Source of the DNA: Macrostomum lignano
Lineage: Eukaryota
NCBI GenBank assembly: GCA_002269645.1
Contig: NIVC01000262.1
Coordinates: 378,887 to 427,181, forward strand
DNA length: 48,295 bases
Direction of reading: 5' to 3'
The notes below the pieces were generated by a model. The model had not been told where the DNA came from. It searched no databases and saw nothing but the letters and a program-made list of their open reading frames with translations. Numbering within the stretch: position 1 is the first letter of the stretch; each line of letters starts with the position of its first letter. Shown here one piece after another: positions 11,643 through 23,107 of the stretch. The translations under genes were made by a program, and so were the position numbers.

Positions 11643-11714
11643 GTTCAGATTACATCTAGGGACACGAACTCCGCCAAACTTGTAAAATTCAAACCCACCC
11701 CACCGAGTCAAACA

Positions 11715-12569
11715 TCAGCGGTAGCCGCCCCAGCCTCCGCGACGACCACCGCGGCGTCCTCCACCGCGGCCGCCATTACCGAAGCCTCTGGCTCGGCGGA
11801 ATCCTCCATTCTGAGAATTATTCCTGCCGCCGCGACTAGCAAACTGGTAGTCACCGCGGCCGCTGCCTCCGGCTAACGAGCGAAACGCAGCCGCAGTCGC
11901 GGCACCAGCAGCCGCCGCAGAGGCGTTGGCGGCAGCCGCCTCCTTCTGCGCCTGAATCAGCGCCCTGGCCTGCATCAGGTAGGTTCGCTCCAGACTGCGC
12001 CGGTCTTTGTTGCCGCCGTTATTGTTGTCGAACCTGTCATTTGAAACTCGCACCCGAACCATGCTCACTGAGGATGCCGACGTCTTATTGGGCTTTGCAA
12101 CGCCTCCGAAGGAGCGGCGCGGGGTAGCGGAGGCTCCGGCGGTGGCAGCGGCGCCACCGCGACCTCGACTGGCGCATCTTCTGACGCCGGCGCCACTCTG
12201 ACTCTGACTCTGACGACGCAAGAGCTGAAGCTTCTTGGCCCGGTTTAACGATTGGGCGGCGAGCTTCGCCACGGCCGAGCTGCCACCGCGACCGGCGCCG
12301 CCGCCTCCTCTTCCGCGGATATTTCTCGACCTTTTGGCCACCCCGCCGCCGCTACGAATTGGCGCTACGGTGTTGCGGCGCGGGGGAGGCGCGTTATTGG
12401 CGCCACCTCCGCGCCTGCGACTATTGGCGCCTCCCCGACCCCTGGCGCCGCCGCCGCCGCGCCCGCTGGCGCCGCCGCGCCGACCAGCGGCGGAATTGCC
12501 TCTGGCCGAATTCGAACGCTTTTTATTAGCCTTGATAATATCGTCAAGGGACATGTTGATCTTCTCCAT
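11715..12569 (-). CDS. UAP56-interacting factor/forty-two-three-domain (FYTTD1/UIF)-like RG-rich mRNA export adaptor, 284 aa, single exon
   Basis: N-terminal MEKINMSLDDIIK is the UAP56-binding motif of ALYREF/UIF; RG-rich body; no RRM and no C-terminal ALY motif, favouring UIF-like. Confidence 0.75.
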   Translation of the reverse strand: MEKINMSLDDIIKANKKRSNSARGNSAAGRRGGASGRGGGGARGRGGANSRRRGGGANNAPPPRRNTVAPIRSGGGVAKRSRNIRGRGGGGAGRGGSSAVAKLAAQSLNRAKKLQLLRRQSQSQSGAGVRRCASRGRGGAAATAGASATPRRSFGGVAKPNKTSASSVSMVRVRVSNDRFDNNNGGNKDRRSLERTYLMQARALIQAQKEAAAANASAAAAGAATAAAFRSLAGGSGRGDYQFASRGGRNNSQNGGFRRARGFGNGGRGGGRRGGRRGGWGGYR

Positions 12570-12819
12570 GCTTGGCTGCTGGGCTGGCCTGCTTCAGTGC
12601 TGGAATACACAATTACATGTATAACAGTATAATATAATTTCACCATCGGTAACTCCATGAAAGATGCAAAGTTGGGGAAATTCCTAAGGGGAATCAGGGC
12701 ATTCCTTATGGGAATTAGGAGAGATTCTTAAAGGGGAATTGGGGGGCGATTTTTAAAGGGAATTGGATGAGATCATTAAGGGGAATTAGGAAACCTTCTT
12801 ACCTGGAATGGTTGGAGAA

Positions 12820-13295
12820 TCTTATGGGGAATTGGGAGAGAATCTTATGGGGAGTTTGGGAAGAATCATGAGGGGGATGGAGGAGAATCTTATGGGGAGT
12901 TTGGGAAGAATCATGAGGGGGTGGGAGAGAATCTTATGGGGAATTTGGGAAGAATCATGAGGAGGATGGGGGAGAATCTTATGGGGAGTTTGGGAAGAAT
13001 CATGAGAAGGATGGGGGAGAATCTTATGGGGAGTTTGGGAAGAATCATGAGAAGGATGGGGGAGAATCTTATGGGGAGTTTGGGAAGAATCATGAGAAGG
13101 ATGGGGGAGAATCTTATGGGGAGTTTGGGAAGAATTATGAGGGGGTGGGAGAGAATCTTATGGGGAGTTGGGGAAGAATCATGAGAAGGATGGGGGAGAA
13201 TCTTATGGGGAGTTGGGGAAGAATCATGAGGGGATGGGGGAGAATCTTATGGGGAGTTAGGGAAGAATCATGAAGGAGGTGGGGGAGAATCAAAA
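12820..13295 (+). repeat. 45-bp purine-rich minisatellite (GGGGAGAATCTTATGGGGAGTTTGGGAAGAATCATGAGAAGGATG)n
   Basis: About 10 units upstream of the UIF-like gene. Confidence 0.93.
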
Positions 13296-13896
13296 AGGGA
13301 GTGGGGAAAGAAACTTCAGAATTGTGGGAGATTCTTAAAGAATTAGGAAATAATCTTATCGGGCATTGGGGTGCTGAGGATAATTATACATACTAGAAAC
13401 GCAAAAAATTAAACGAGACAAGAAAAATTTTTTAGAATATATTTTTAATGTTCACAGGGACAATGAGTGCTAAGGACAATAAGAAGAATTGTAGAAATTA
13501 TTTTGAAATTTTATTCAGACAAAATCGTTTTACAGTTGCATACTTAACATCCAATATACATTGCTTACACCCGTTTACAACAAAAAATAGTGCAAATGAC
13601 GGTAGAGAACTTCTTAAACATGCTTTATCAATTTTGCATAATAGAAGTTAAAGAAGCAACTGTACAACAATTTTTGTTAGAAAGTATATATTGTTTATAT
13701 TAACGTGTCACTGGTATTAAAACTTTTAATAATCAATAAATATTTAAAATAATACACGCTAAATAGAGATATTGTGCTTAAGTTTGAATCATAAATATTG
13801 ATGAAATAGATTTTCTGCTTAAAAATTTTACTTACGAAAGTATGATTAATGAAGTATCCCATATACAAGCTATTATAATTATAACTAAACATTTTA

Positions 13897-14104
13897 CTAA
13901 TAGAAATTCACGATGCTATTATTCTGTAGAACTCGCGAAACACGGCAGCCAGGTTGAAGCCGCTCAAAAACTGCGGCGGATCTGAAGGGTTGTTGAGTAG
14001 CTCTCGCTGCCACTCCGACTGGGCACTCAGGATGAGCTCCTTGGCTGAGTAGCGCTTCCTGGCAATGCGGGGAAGGGGGCTGAGCCTTGTGATACTCGGC
14101 TGGA
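13897..14104 (-). CDS. Probable terminal exon of the BIR/IAP-like gene (reading frame uncertain)
   Basis: GC-rich block after a CTGCAG acceptor at 14105; a phase-2 join gives SPAEYHK..VNFY*, but a shifted frame (RIARKRYSAKELILSAQ..) looks more protein-like. Confidence 0.45.
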
Positions 14105-14139
14105 CTGCAGAGGGAGTGGCCCAGCAACTGACACTGCTC

Positions 14140-14612
14140 TAGCAACTGGGGATCTGGGAGGCTGGCCCAGCAACTGGGGATCTGGGAGGCTGGCCCAGCA
14201 ACTGGGGATCTGGGAGGCTGGCCCAGAAACTGGGGATCTGGGAGGCTGGCCCAGAAACTGGGGATCTGGGAGGCTGGCCCAGCAACTGGGGATCTGGGAG
14301 GCTGGCCCAGCAACTGGGGATCTGGGAGGCTGGCCCAGCAACTGGGGATCTGGGAGGCTGGCCCAGCAACTGGGGATCTGGGAGGCTGGCCCAGCAACTG
14401 GGGATCTGGGAGGCTGGTAGCCCAGCAACTGAGGATCTGGGAGGCTGGCCCAGCAACTGGGGATCTGGGAGGCTGGCCCAGCAAATGAGGAACTGGGAGG
14501 CTGGCCTAGCAACTGGGGATCTGGGAGGCTGGTGGCCCAGCAACTGGGGATCTGGGAGGCTGGCCCAGCAACTGGGGATCTGGGAGGCTGGTGTCCCAGC
14601 AACTGAGGACAA
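14140..14612 (-). repeat. 28-bp minisatellite (GGCCAGCCTCCCAGATCCCCAGTTGCTG)n in IAP intron
   Basis: About 16 units; same family as 3965-4402. Confidence 0.96.
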
Positions 14613-14616
14613 TCAC

Positions 14617-15241
14617 CTAAACCGGATGAAGTTCCTAGCTAAAGCCAGCAGAACTTTAGTATCGTCCAGTCCAACGCCGCAGGCGACTCGGCCTACAGGG
14701 CCACAAAAGTCTTCGCCAATGGTGCGCATCAGCTGATTGTGATCCTGCCTGGTGTACGATGCCGGATAATTAGTAGTTTGCGGAGTGACCGCCTGCAGAC
14801 CGTCAAGACCCAGGCAGCTCTTCAAATAGAAGCACAGCGGGCTGAACTTGGCGTGCTCCCGCTCGGGACTGTCCCCCTGATCCAGTCCCGCAGTCCCAAG
14901 TCGCAGAAGAAGCACTTGACGTGATCAGCGTCGCCTAGGCTATAAAAACCGCACTCTGCCATGTCCTCGGCTGTTTGACCTCCGCCACTAACACCGCTAC
15001 GATTGTCCCAGCCTACGCGAACAAATGAAGCCATCCGAGCTTCCTTAGAGACATAACTTAAAGAGCAGGCGCTCGAAATCAAGTAGACAACTGCGTTTAA
15101 TGCTTCGTAGAAATCTGGCACCGTATTACTATTGGCTAATCGATTAATTCTGGCGCCAAGTTTGTTTGAAATGGCAGTGGAAGCTTTTACTAGCGTTTGC
15201 CGATGCTCCACTGTCAGCTGAGGGGCAGCTGGAGCAGCCAT
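14617..15241 (-). CDS. Single-BIR inhibitor-of-apoptosis-like protein, main exon, with a 1-nt frameshift near 14882
   Basis: YVSKEARMASF..AECGFYSLGDADHVKCFFCDLGLRDW[fs]QGDSPEREHAKFSPLCFYL is a complete CCHC BIR; donor TTAG|GTGATT at 14617. Confidence 0.85.
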
Positions 15242-15347
15242 AACGAGGCTGGGCTGAGCCCCACTTTACAGCTTGGAAACTCGTTTTACCATCGGGAATG
15301 CCTTCTGCAAGTGTTTGGTAAGTAGATGTGTATTCCAGTTATCTCTG

Positions 15348-15680
15348 ATGGCTGGCCCAGCAACTGAGGATCTGAGAGGTTGGCCCAGGAACTGGGGATC
15401 TGGGAGGCTGGCTCAGCAACTGAGGATATGGGAGGCTGGTGGCCCAGCAACTGAGGATCTGGGAGGCTGGTGGCCCAGCAACTGAGGATCTGAGAGACTG
15501 GCCCAGCAACTGAGGATCTGAGAAGCTGGCCTAGCAACTGAGGATCTGAGAGGCTGGCCTAGCAACTGAGGATCTGAGAAGCTGGCCCAGCAACTGAGGA
15601 TCTGAGAGGCTGGCCTAGCAACTGAGGATCTGAGAAGCTGGCCTAGCAACTGAGGATCTGAGAGGCTAGTCGACCAGCAA
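15348..15680 (-). repeat. 28-bp minisatellite, diverged variant of the same family
   Basis: (CAGCAACTGAGGATCTGAGAGGCTGGCC)n on the + strand. Confidence 0.93.
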
Positions 15681-17033
15681 CATTTTTGTAACTTATACAC
15701 AGTTATTTATTAAATTCTGCAGATACCCAACACTTTTGCAGTGTATGTGTACAATTTGCAGCCATATTTTACACCAGCTAATAAAATTTGAATCCTTGCT
15801 TCAGAACTGGAATTTAGCAATTTATTAACGGCTATTGTAATCTGAAACTTTGAATAGGTCATAATGGCTATATTGAGACAAATCCAATATACTAAATCTT
15901 CTCTAAACTTGATCTTTCAAGTTGTAGTAACTCTTAGCTAATTAATAGTAATAGCCAATTCATTTAATATTTACTTAAAAGGTAAGGACAGTTACTTTCC
16001 TAAATTACATTATTTTGCTTTGCTAATATTATCAGAAATCCCATTTATTAAATGAGACTTGACAATGTTATATATAAAAATAATTTTTCAAGAATATTAA
16101 CTAAAAAACTATGTTTATATATCAATTAAAGCACTTTATTTTACATTGTTAAAACCTTTATTATAGCATTCTGCTACTTCTTGTTTATAATATTTTGCTA
16201 ATTAACTTAAATTTTAAATGCAATAATTATGAAAAATATTATATAACATTTTTATTTTAGAAATAATTAATAAGTCTATATGTTTAACTCTTAGTCAATA
16301 TATTTTTTGTTTTCTACTAAGAAATGTTAAAGCACTTTTTAATAGATAGTTCTTTAAAATTTAAAAGGACTAAAAGGACTAATAATGAAAGTACTAGAAA
16401 TTATTTTCCTTGGAACCAAAAGTTATTTAACTAGAAGTTACTTTTTCATAGTAACACTTGAACAGTGGCTTTGATAGCAATAAGCTTTTGCTTAGTAAAG
16501 GTTGTATAGCAAGATGTACTTATAAAGAAAGTATGAAAAATACAAATAGACTAGATTTACTTGGTGACTATATTCAGGAATGTGTATATTATGGCAAAAA
16601 AATTTTAATGTATAAAAAATTGTATATAAATTGGTACTTATGGCATATAGCAAAAGCTTAGAAAAAATTTCAATGCACAGTGGTATCTAGCAAAAACTAA
16701 TTAGAAAAGTTTAGCTTACAAATGGGTTGTCCAAAATGTACCTATATGTATACAAAGATAGGATAGATATCAAGAATATTCAAAATTGAATTTAATCAAC
16801 CAAAAATTTGGTTAAAACTTGAACTAAAAAGTTGACAATCCAAATACTGAATAGTTGCTTTGATGTAGGATTATGATTTTGAATGTTGGATCAAATCTTG
16901 AATATGGGTATTGTGATGCATATATAAAAGGAAAAAATTAGAAATAAATAGGAATTATAAAATTAAGGACTAAGTTGTTTGCAATTAAAGTTGGTAGTCT
17001 AGAGTATTAGGGGTTGTAGGCAAATAACTCAAA

Positions 17034-17552
17034 TAGGGATAGCAAAATCCTAGTTTTTTGCAATCTTGGGATCTTGGGATTTAATCCCAAAATTTAGCCA
17101 ATCCCAGGATCAGAAAAATACAGATTTTAAAGCTTCTGGGTTGAAATTTTAAGGCAAAAATGTGCTAAAAATATTTTTGATTCCATTTTAGTTTGTTACA
17201 GAGATACTGATTTTTTGTAGATGAAAAACAGTATTATCTTATGATGTACTTAAGTAGTATAAAAGTACTAATTAGTAGTAAAGAAGCTAATCATGTATCA
17301 AAATTTATATAGGAATAAATTTCACATTTAAATCTGTAATACATGGTTTAAAAAGACGCCACATAACGTGAGGAAATTTAATAGAAATTAGTGCAGTATA
17401 TTAAACTAGGCCTAGTTATGGGCCCAATTATGTTCATATTACAACACTTTATGTAAAAATAATAACAAAATTAGTCCTAGGATTTGGAACCCCAAATCCC
17501 AGGACTGGAAATCCCAGGATTTGGGTCCAATACCGGGATTGCAATCCCTACT
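17034..17552. mobile_element. Degenerate non-autonomous TIR element (possibly hAT-like)
   Basis: TAGGGATAGCAA at the left and TTGCAATCCCTA at the right, with subterminal ATCCCAGGAT/GGGATT motifs at both ends; no clean TSD. Confidence 0.35.
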
Positions 17553-18851
17553 CATAAATAAGGGAAGGAATTAAAGATAGGACAATATAGTATATCTTAA
17601 CAAAAGACAATGAGGGTGCTTAAGTAATCATATTATAAGCTTAGATTGAGTACTAAGGATTTAGGATTCTTTAAGGCTTTAGAAGTAGAGCATTAAAAAT
17701 AAGTTTAAGAACATAGATATAGAGACACTAATTCTAATTCCTATAAACCAAGAAGGGTAAGATTGGCATTTGGTATTTTATACATTTTTAATAGAGATAA
17801 GCTTATTGGTAAACATACATATACAACCTTGGGAATCACTTGGCTGTTTCTATTGGCAACACATACATGTAAGTCGCTATTGGCTGAGAGCAGTCATGTG
17901 ACTACTATTCTATCCAATAGTGACTTACATGTGTGTGTCAGTGTGTGTTGCACATAGAAATGGCCGGGTGAATCCCTAGGTTGCACCCAAGCCTGTTGGT
18001 AAAGGGTTGCTAAAGGGAATAGGCTAGATATTAAATACCATATGTTTTAGCAACGAGTATAACTATATCTAATTGCTATGCATTAAGAATTTCATAGGCC
18101 CCTATAGGGCCTAAGTTTCTTCATTGCAAATCAGACACTCAAAACAAAGAGTACCAATTAGTTGCTCTTAATTGAATAGAACTTAGAAGCCCTAATAACT
18201 TCTAACATAGGCCCTAATTCAATTTGAATATTATATTTTTCTAAGTAGTATTAGAAAGATCTTGGTGATTTATTTTTATTATTTTCTATCATAGCATATT
18301 ACAACATTTTCATTTCAAACAAGTAGATAAATAAAGTAACAAAATTCTAAAAATGAAAAATTTTCAAATAAAAAACTAATTTAAAAAATAATTTCTAAGA
18401 GTGATAATAAGCTAGTTAGGTATATTTTATAGGCCTTAACTTCCCTAACAAAATTGTATATGCAGGCATTCTTGCTAGCTATTCATGCGGTGCACAATTA
18501 TATCGAGGCCACATGGCTATCTAATGTAGTCTAGAGTACTAACAACAGCTATTTGCATTCATGCAAGATGCAACATGACTAGATTAGCAACACTGCCAAA
18601 TCCTGGCACATGGAGTTAAGAAAATAGGAAAACAATATGTTAGCAATATCAATTCTTTTCCTATTGTTAAACATGCTAATAGCATAGACAACTCAACTGT
18701 TTGACTTGACGTAGTTGTGGCATATGGTACTGCATTTCTGCTAGTACAATGACACACTATCCTCAGTCAGCTAGTACGGGTGATGGTCATTTCGTCAACT
18801 GGCGTTTCGTCAACTCGGTTGACGAAGTGACCAAAGTGTTGGGGCGACTTT

Positions 18852-20220
18852 ACGTATGAAACATTCGCCGACACTTATTCAGACACTTCTACAGACACTT
18901 TATTTTCTGTCGTACGGTTAGGAACAAGCATTAAATTTGTCTAGGACACTTCCTAATTCATATTTAATGAAATAAAGCAGTCCATGCATAGTTTTAATTT
19001 TGCAATTTTGTTTTTGTGCACTCGTTCCAGACTTTCAAATTATGGCTTTTATCGCGTAGTGTGCGTGCATGCATCGTGTACAACGATTAGCTGCAGCGTG
19101 CTAAATAGTTCAATTAGGTATTAAAAGCGTACAAGGTATTTGTACAATAGTATTTGTACATTTTAGTTGAAGTTAAAAGTTCAAGCTTTTAGTGAATCAT
19201 TGGAAAATAAAACTATCCGTTTTAAATCGTGCAACATATTGTTTTGTCTCGGACATTTGTGACACTGTCACTTAGGGTTGCAAGGTTTTTTAAAAGAGAA
19301 ACTGTTGCTTTTCCAATGCTGAAGTATTTGTGTTGTATGGATCAGGGTTTTTCGTCAAAATTTGGATGCATGTATACATCTAAACATATAAAAATGATCA
19401 AGGTTGAAGATTACCCTATGGTATAACTGTTTTCTCCATTTTACTATTTCAAAGTGCCCACGTGAAGTTAGATTTAGCATGCCAGCCTTAAAAAATAAAA
19501 AAATCTACATAGTGTAGAATTGTATACTCTTTTATTTAAGACTATATTATATTCCCAATATATTTGCTTAGATAAATCGAAAAGTATTTACTTTACTTGA
19601 AAAAAATAATGTTCACTACAAATATTTCAATGTAGAAACCAGGAAACATAAACCTATCAAGTGTTATATAGAAATGAAGGATAAAGATATGGATAGAATA
19701 TAATAAAGCCATTGTGGGCATTAAATATAAAACAAAAGAATCACTTAAGGCAAAATTTGAAAAAAGTGAATTTTTGGCATGCTCCAAGAAAAGAGGCTTA
19801 TAATTTGAAATATTTTTGCTTTTGTTTGACAAAAAATATGTATAGATTTATACTTTTGGGCAAGGTTTATTTTCTCTTAAAATTCTAATTGTAAATTTGC
19901 CAGTAAGCTTAAAAATTGTTGTAAATTGAAGCTCAAATAAAATTAGTCTTAACTCCAATCTGACTTTCCAAAGTAAATCCCTAAATTATTTGTTACAATT
20001 GCTTTAAAAACTTGCCATTTCATTTATTCATTAATCAAAATTTTGTTCTAGAAACTGATACCTATAGAAGGTTTTTAGTTTTTAAGAAATCTAGTAACTA
20101 GTGTCAGAGAAATATGTTTATGTAGGTTTTATATATATATATCAACCTTATATATAAAAAAGGTTGCACACTGAGATTTAAATACAGCTTCTAACATGTG
20201 TGTCCAGAGGTGAGATTGTG
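18852..20220 (+). repeat. Left TIR, unique outer domain (inverse of 30683-32052)
   Basis: Near-perfect reverse complement; the ORF track mirrors it (e.g. MQHIVLSRT.. on opposite strands); only about 2 substitutions noticed. Confidence 0.97.
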
Positions 20221-23030
20221 GCCAACTGCACACCAATAGCATACCAACTCTATACCAAATCCATACTGACATGCCAACTGTATACCAACTGTATACAAAC
20301 ACCATATCAACTCCATACCAACTGCATACCAACCCCATACCAATATGCCAACTGCATACCAACTCCATACCAATATGCCAACTGCATACCAACTCCATAC
20401 CAACATGCCAACTGCATACCAACTACATACCAACATGCCAACTGCATACCAACACCATACCAACTCCATACCAACTGCATACCAACTGCATACCAACTCC
20501 ATACCAACTACATACCAACATGCCAACTGCATACCAACACCATACCAACTCCATACCAACTGCATACCAACTCCATACCAACTATACTCCAACATGCCAA
20601 CTGTATACCTACACCATACCAACTGTATGCCAACTGCATACCAACTCCATACCAACATGCCAACTGCATACCAACTCCATACCAACATGCCAACTGCATA
20701 CCAACTACATACCAACATGCCAACTGCATACCAACACCATACCAACTCCATACCAACTGCATACCAACTGCATACCAACTCCATACCAACTACATACCAA
20801 CATGCCAACTGCATACCAACACCATACCAACTCCATACCAACTGCATACCAACTCCATACCAACTATACTCCAACATGCCAACTGTATACCTACACCATA
20901 CCAACTGTATGCCAACTGCATACCAACTCCATACCAACATGCCAACTGCATACCAACTCCATACCAACTGCATACCAACTCCATACCAACATGCCAACTG
21001 CATACCAACTCCATACCAACTGCATACCAACTACATACCAACATGCCAACTGCATACCAACACCATACCAACTCCATACCAACTACATACCAACATGCCA
21101 ACTGCATACCAACACCATACCAACTGCATACCAACTCCATACCAACATGCCAACTGCATACCAACTACATACCAACATGCCAACTGCATACCAACACCAT
21201 ACCAACTCCATACCAACTGCATACCAACTGCATACCAACTCCATACCAACTACATACCAACATGCCAACTGCATACCAACACCATACCAACTCCATACCA
21301 ACTGCATACCAACTCCATACCAACTATACTCCAACATGCCAACTGTATACCTACACCATACCAACTGTATGCCAACTGCATACCAACTCCATACCAACAT
21401 GCCAACTGCATACCAACTCCATACCAACATGCCAACTGCATACCAACTCCATACCAACATGCCAACTGCATACCAACTACATACCAACTGCATACCAACT
21501 ACATACCAACATGCCAACTGCATACCAACACCATACCAACTCCATACCAACTACATACCAACATGCCAACTGCATACCAACACCATACCAACTGCATACC
21601 AACTCCATACCAACATGCCAACTGCATACCAACTACATACCAACATGCCAACTGCATACCAACACCATACCAACTCCATACCAACTGCATACCAACTCCA
21701 TACCAACTATACTCCAACATGCCAACTGTATACCTACACCATACCAACTGTATGCCAACTGCATACCAACTCCATACCAACATGCCAACTGCATACCAAC
21801 TCCATACCAACTGCATACCAACTCCATACCAACATGCCAACTGCATACCAACTCCATACCAACTGCATACCAACTACATACCAACATGCCAACTGCATAC
21901 CAACACCATACCAACTCCATACCAACTACATACCAACATGCCAACTGCATACCAACACCATACCAACTGCATACCAACTCCATACCAACATGCCAACTGC
22001 ATACCAACTACATACCAACATGCCAACTGCATACCAACACCATACCAACTGCATACCAACTCCATACCAACTACATACCAACATGCCAACTGCATACCAA
22101 CACCATACCAACTCCATACCAACTGCATACCAACTCCATACCAACTATACTCCAACATGCCAACTGTATACCTACACCATACCAACTGTATGCCAACTGC
22201 ATACCAACTCCATACCAACATGCCAACTGCATACCAACTCCATACCAACATGCCAACTGCATACCAACTCCATACCAACATGCCAACTGCATACCAACTA
22301 CATACCAACTGCATACCAACTACATACCAACATGCCAACTGCATACCAACACCATACCAACTCCATACCAACTACATACCAACATGCCAACTGCATACCA
22401 ACACCATACCAACTGCATACCAACTCCATACCAACATGCCAACTGCATACCAACTACATACCAACATGCCAACTGCATACCAACACCATACCAACTCCAT
22501 ACCAACTGCATACCAACTCCATACCAACTACATACCAACATGCCAACTGCATACCAACACCATACCAACTCCATACCAACTGCATACCAACTCCATACCA
22601 ACTATACTCCAACATGCCAACTGTATACCTACACCATACCAACTGTATGCCAACTGCATACCAACTCCATACCAACATGCCAACTGCATACCAACTACAT
22701 ACCAACATGCCAACTGCATACCAACACCATACCAACTCCATACCAACTGCATACCAACTGCATACCAACTCCATACCAACTACATACCAACATGCCAACT
22801 GCATACCAACACCATACCAACTCCATACCAACTGCATACCAACTGCATACCAACTCCATACCAACTATATTCCAACATGCCAACTGTATACCTACACCAT
22901 ACCAACTGTATGCCAACTGCATACCAACTCCATACCAACATGCCAACTGCATACCAACTCCATACCAACTCCATACCAACATGCCAACTGCATACCAACT
23001 CCATACCAACATACTAACTACATACCAACA
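20221..23030 (+). repeat. Left TIR inner minisatellite array of 11-bp (CCAACTGCATA/CCAACTCCATA) and 8-bp (CCAACATG) units
   Basis: Direct reading, about 2.8 kb. Confidence 0.97.
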
Positions 23031-23107
23031 TGACAACTTATATTATGCCACACTAAACGAAAACATGGCAAATTCATACCATTGTTTCATGTTTCAGGCT
23101 TCTTTGC

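Noticed and set aside
10252-11659. DYWDTNYDG / IIGTPIMMG repeat ORFs
   Set aside because: Translations of the 27-bp array; no supporting unique coding sequence.
11715-12569. ALYREF/THOC4 call
   Set aside because: Shares the N-terminal UBM but lacks the RRM and the C-terminal UBM.
180-15241. Functional cluster of BRCA2, IAP and CARD-HEPN (DNA damage/apoptosis)
   Set aside because: Three neighbouring genes with no shared regulatory evidence; adjacency is compatible with chance.
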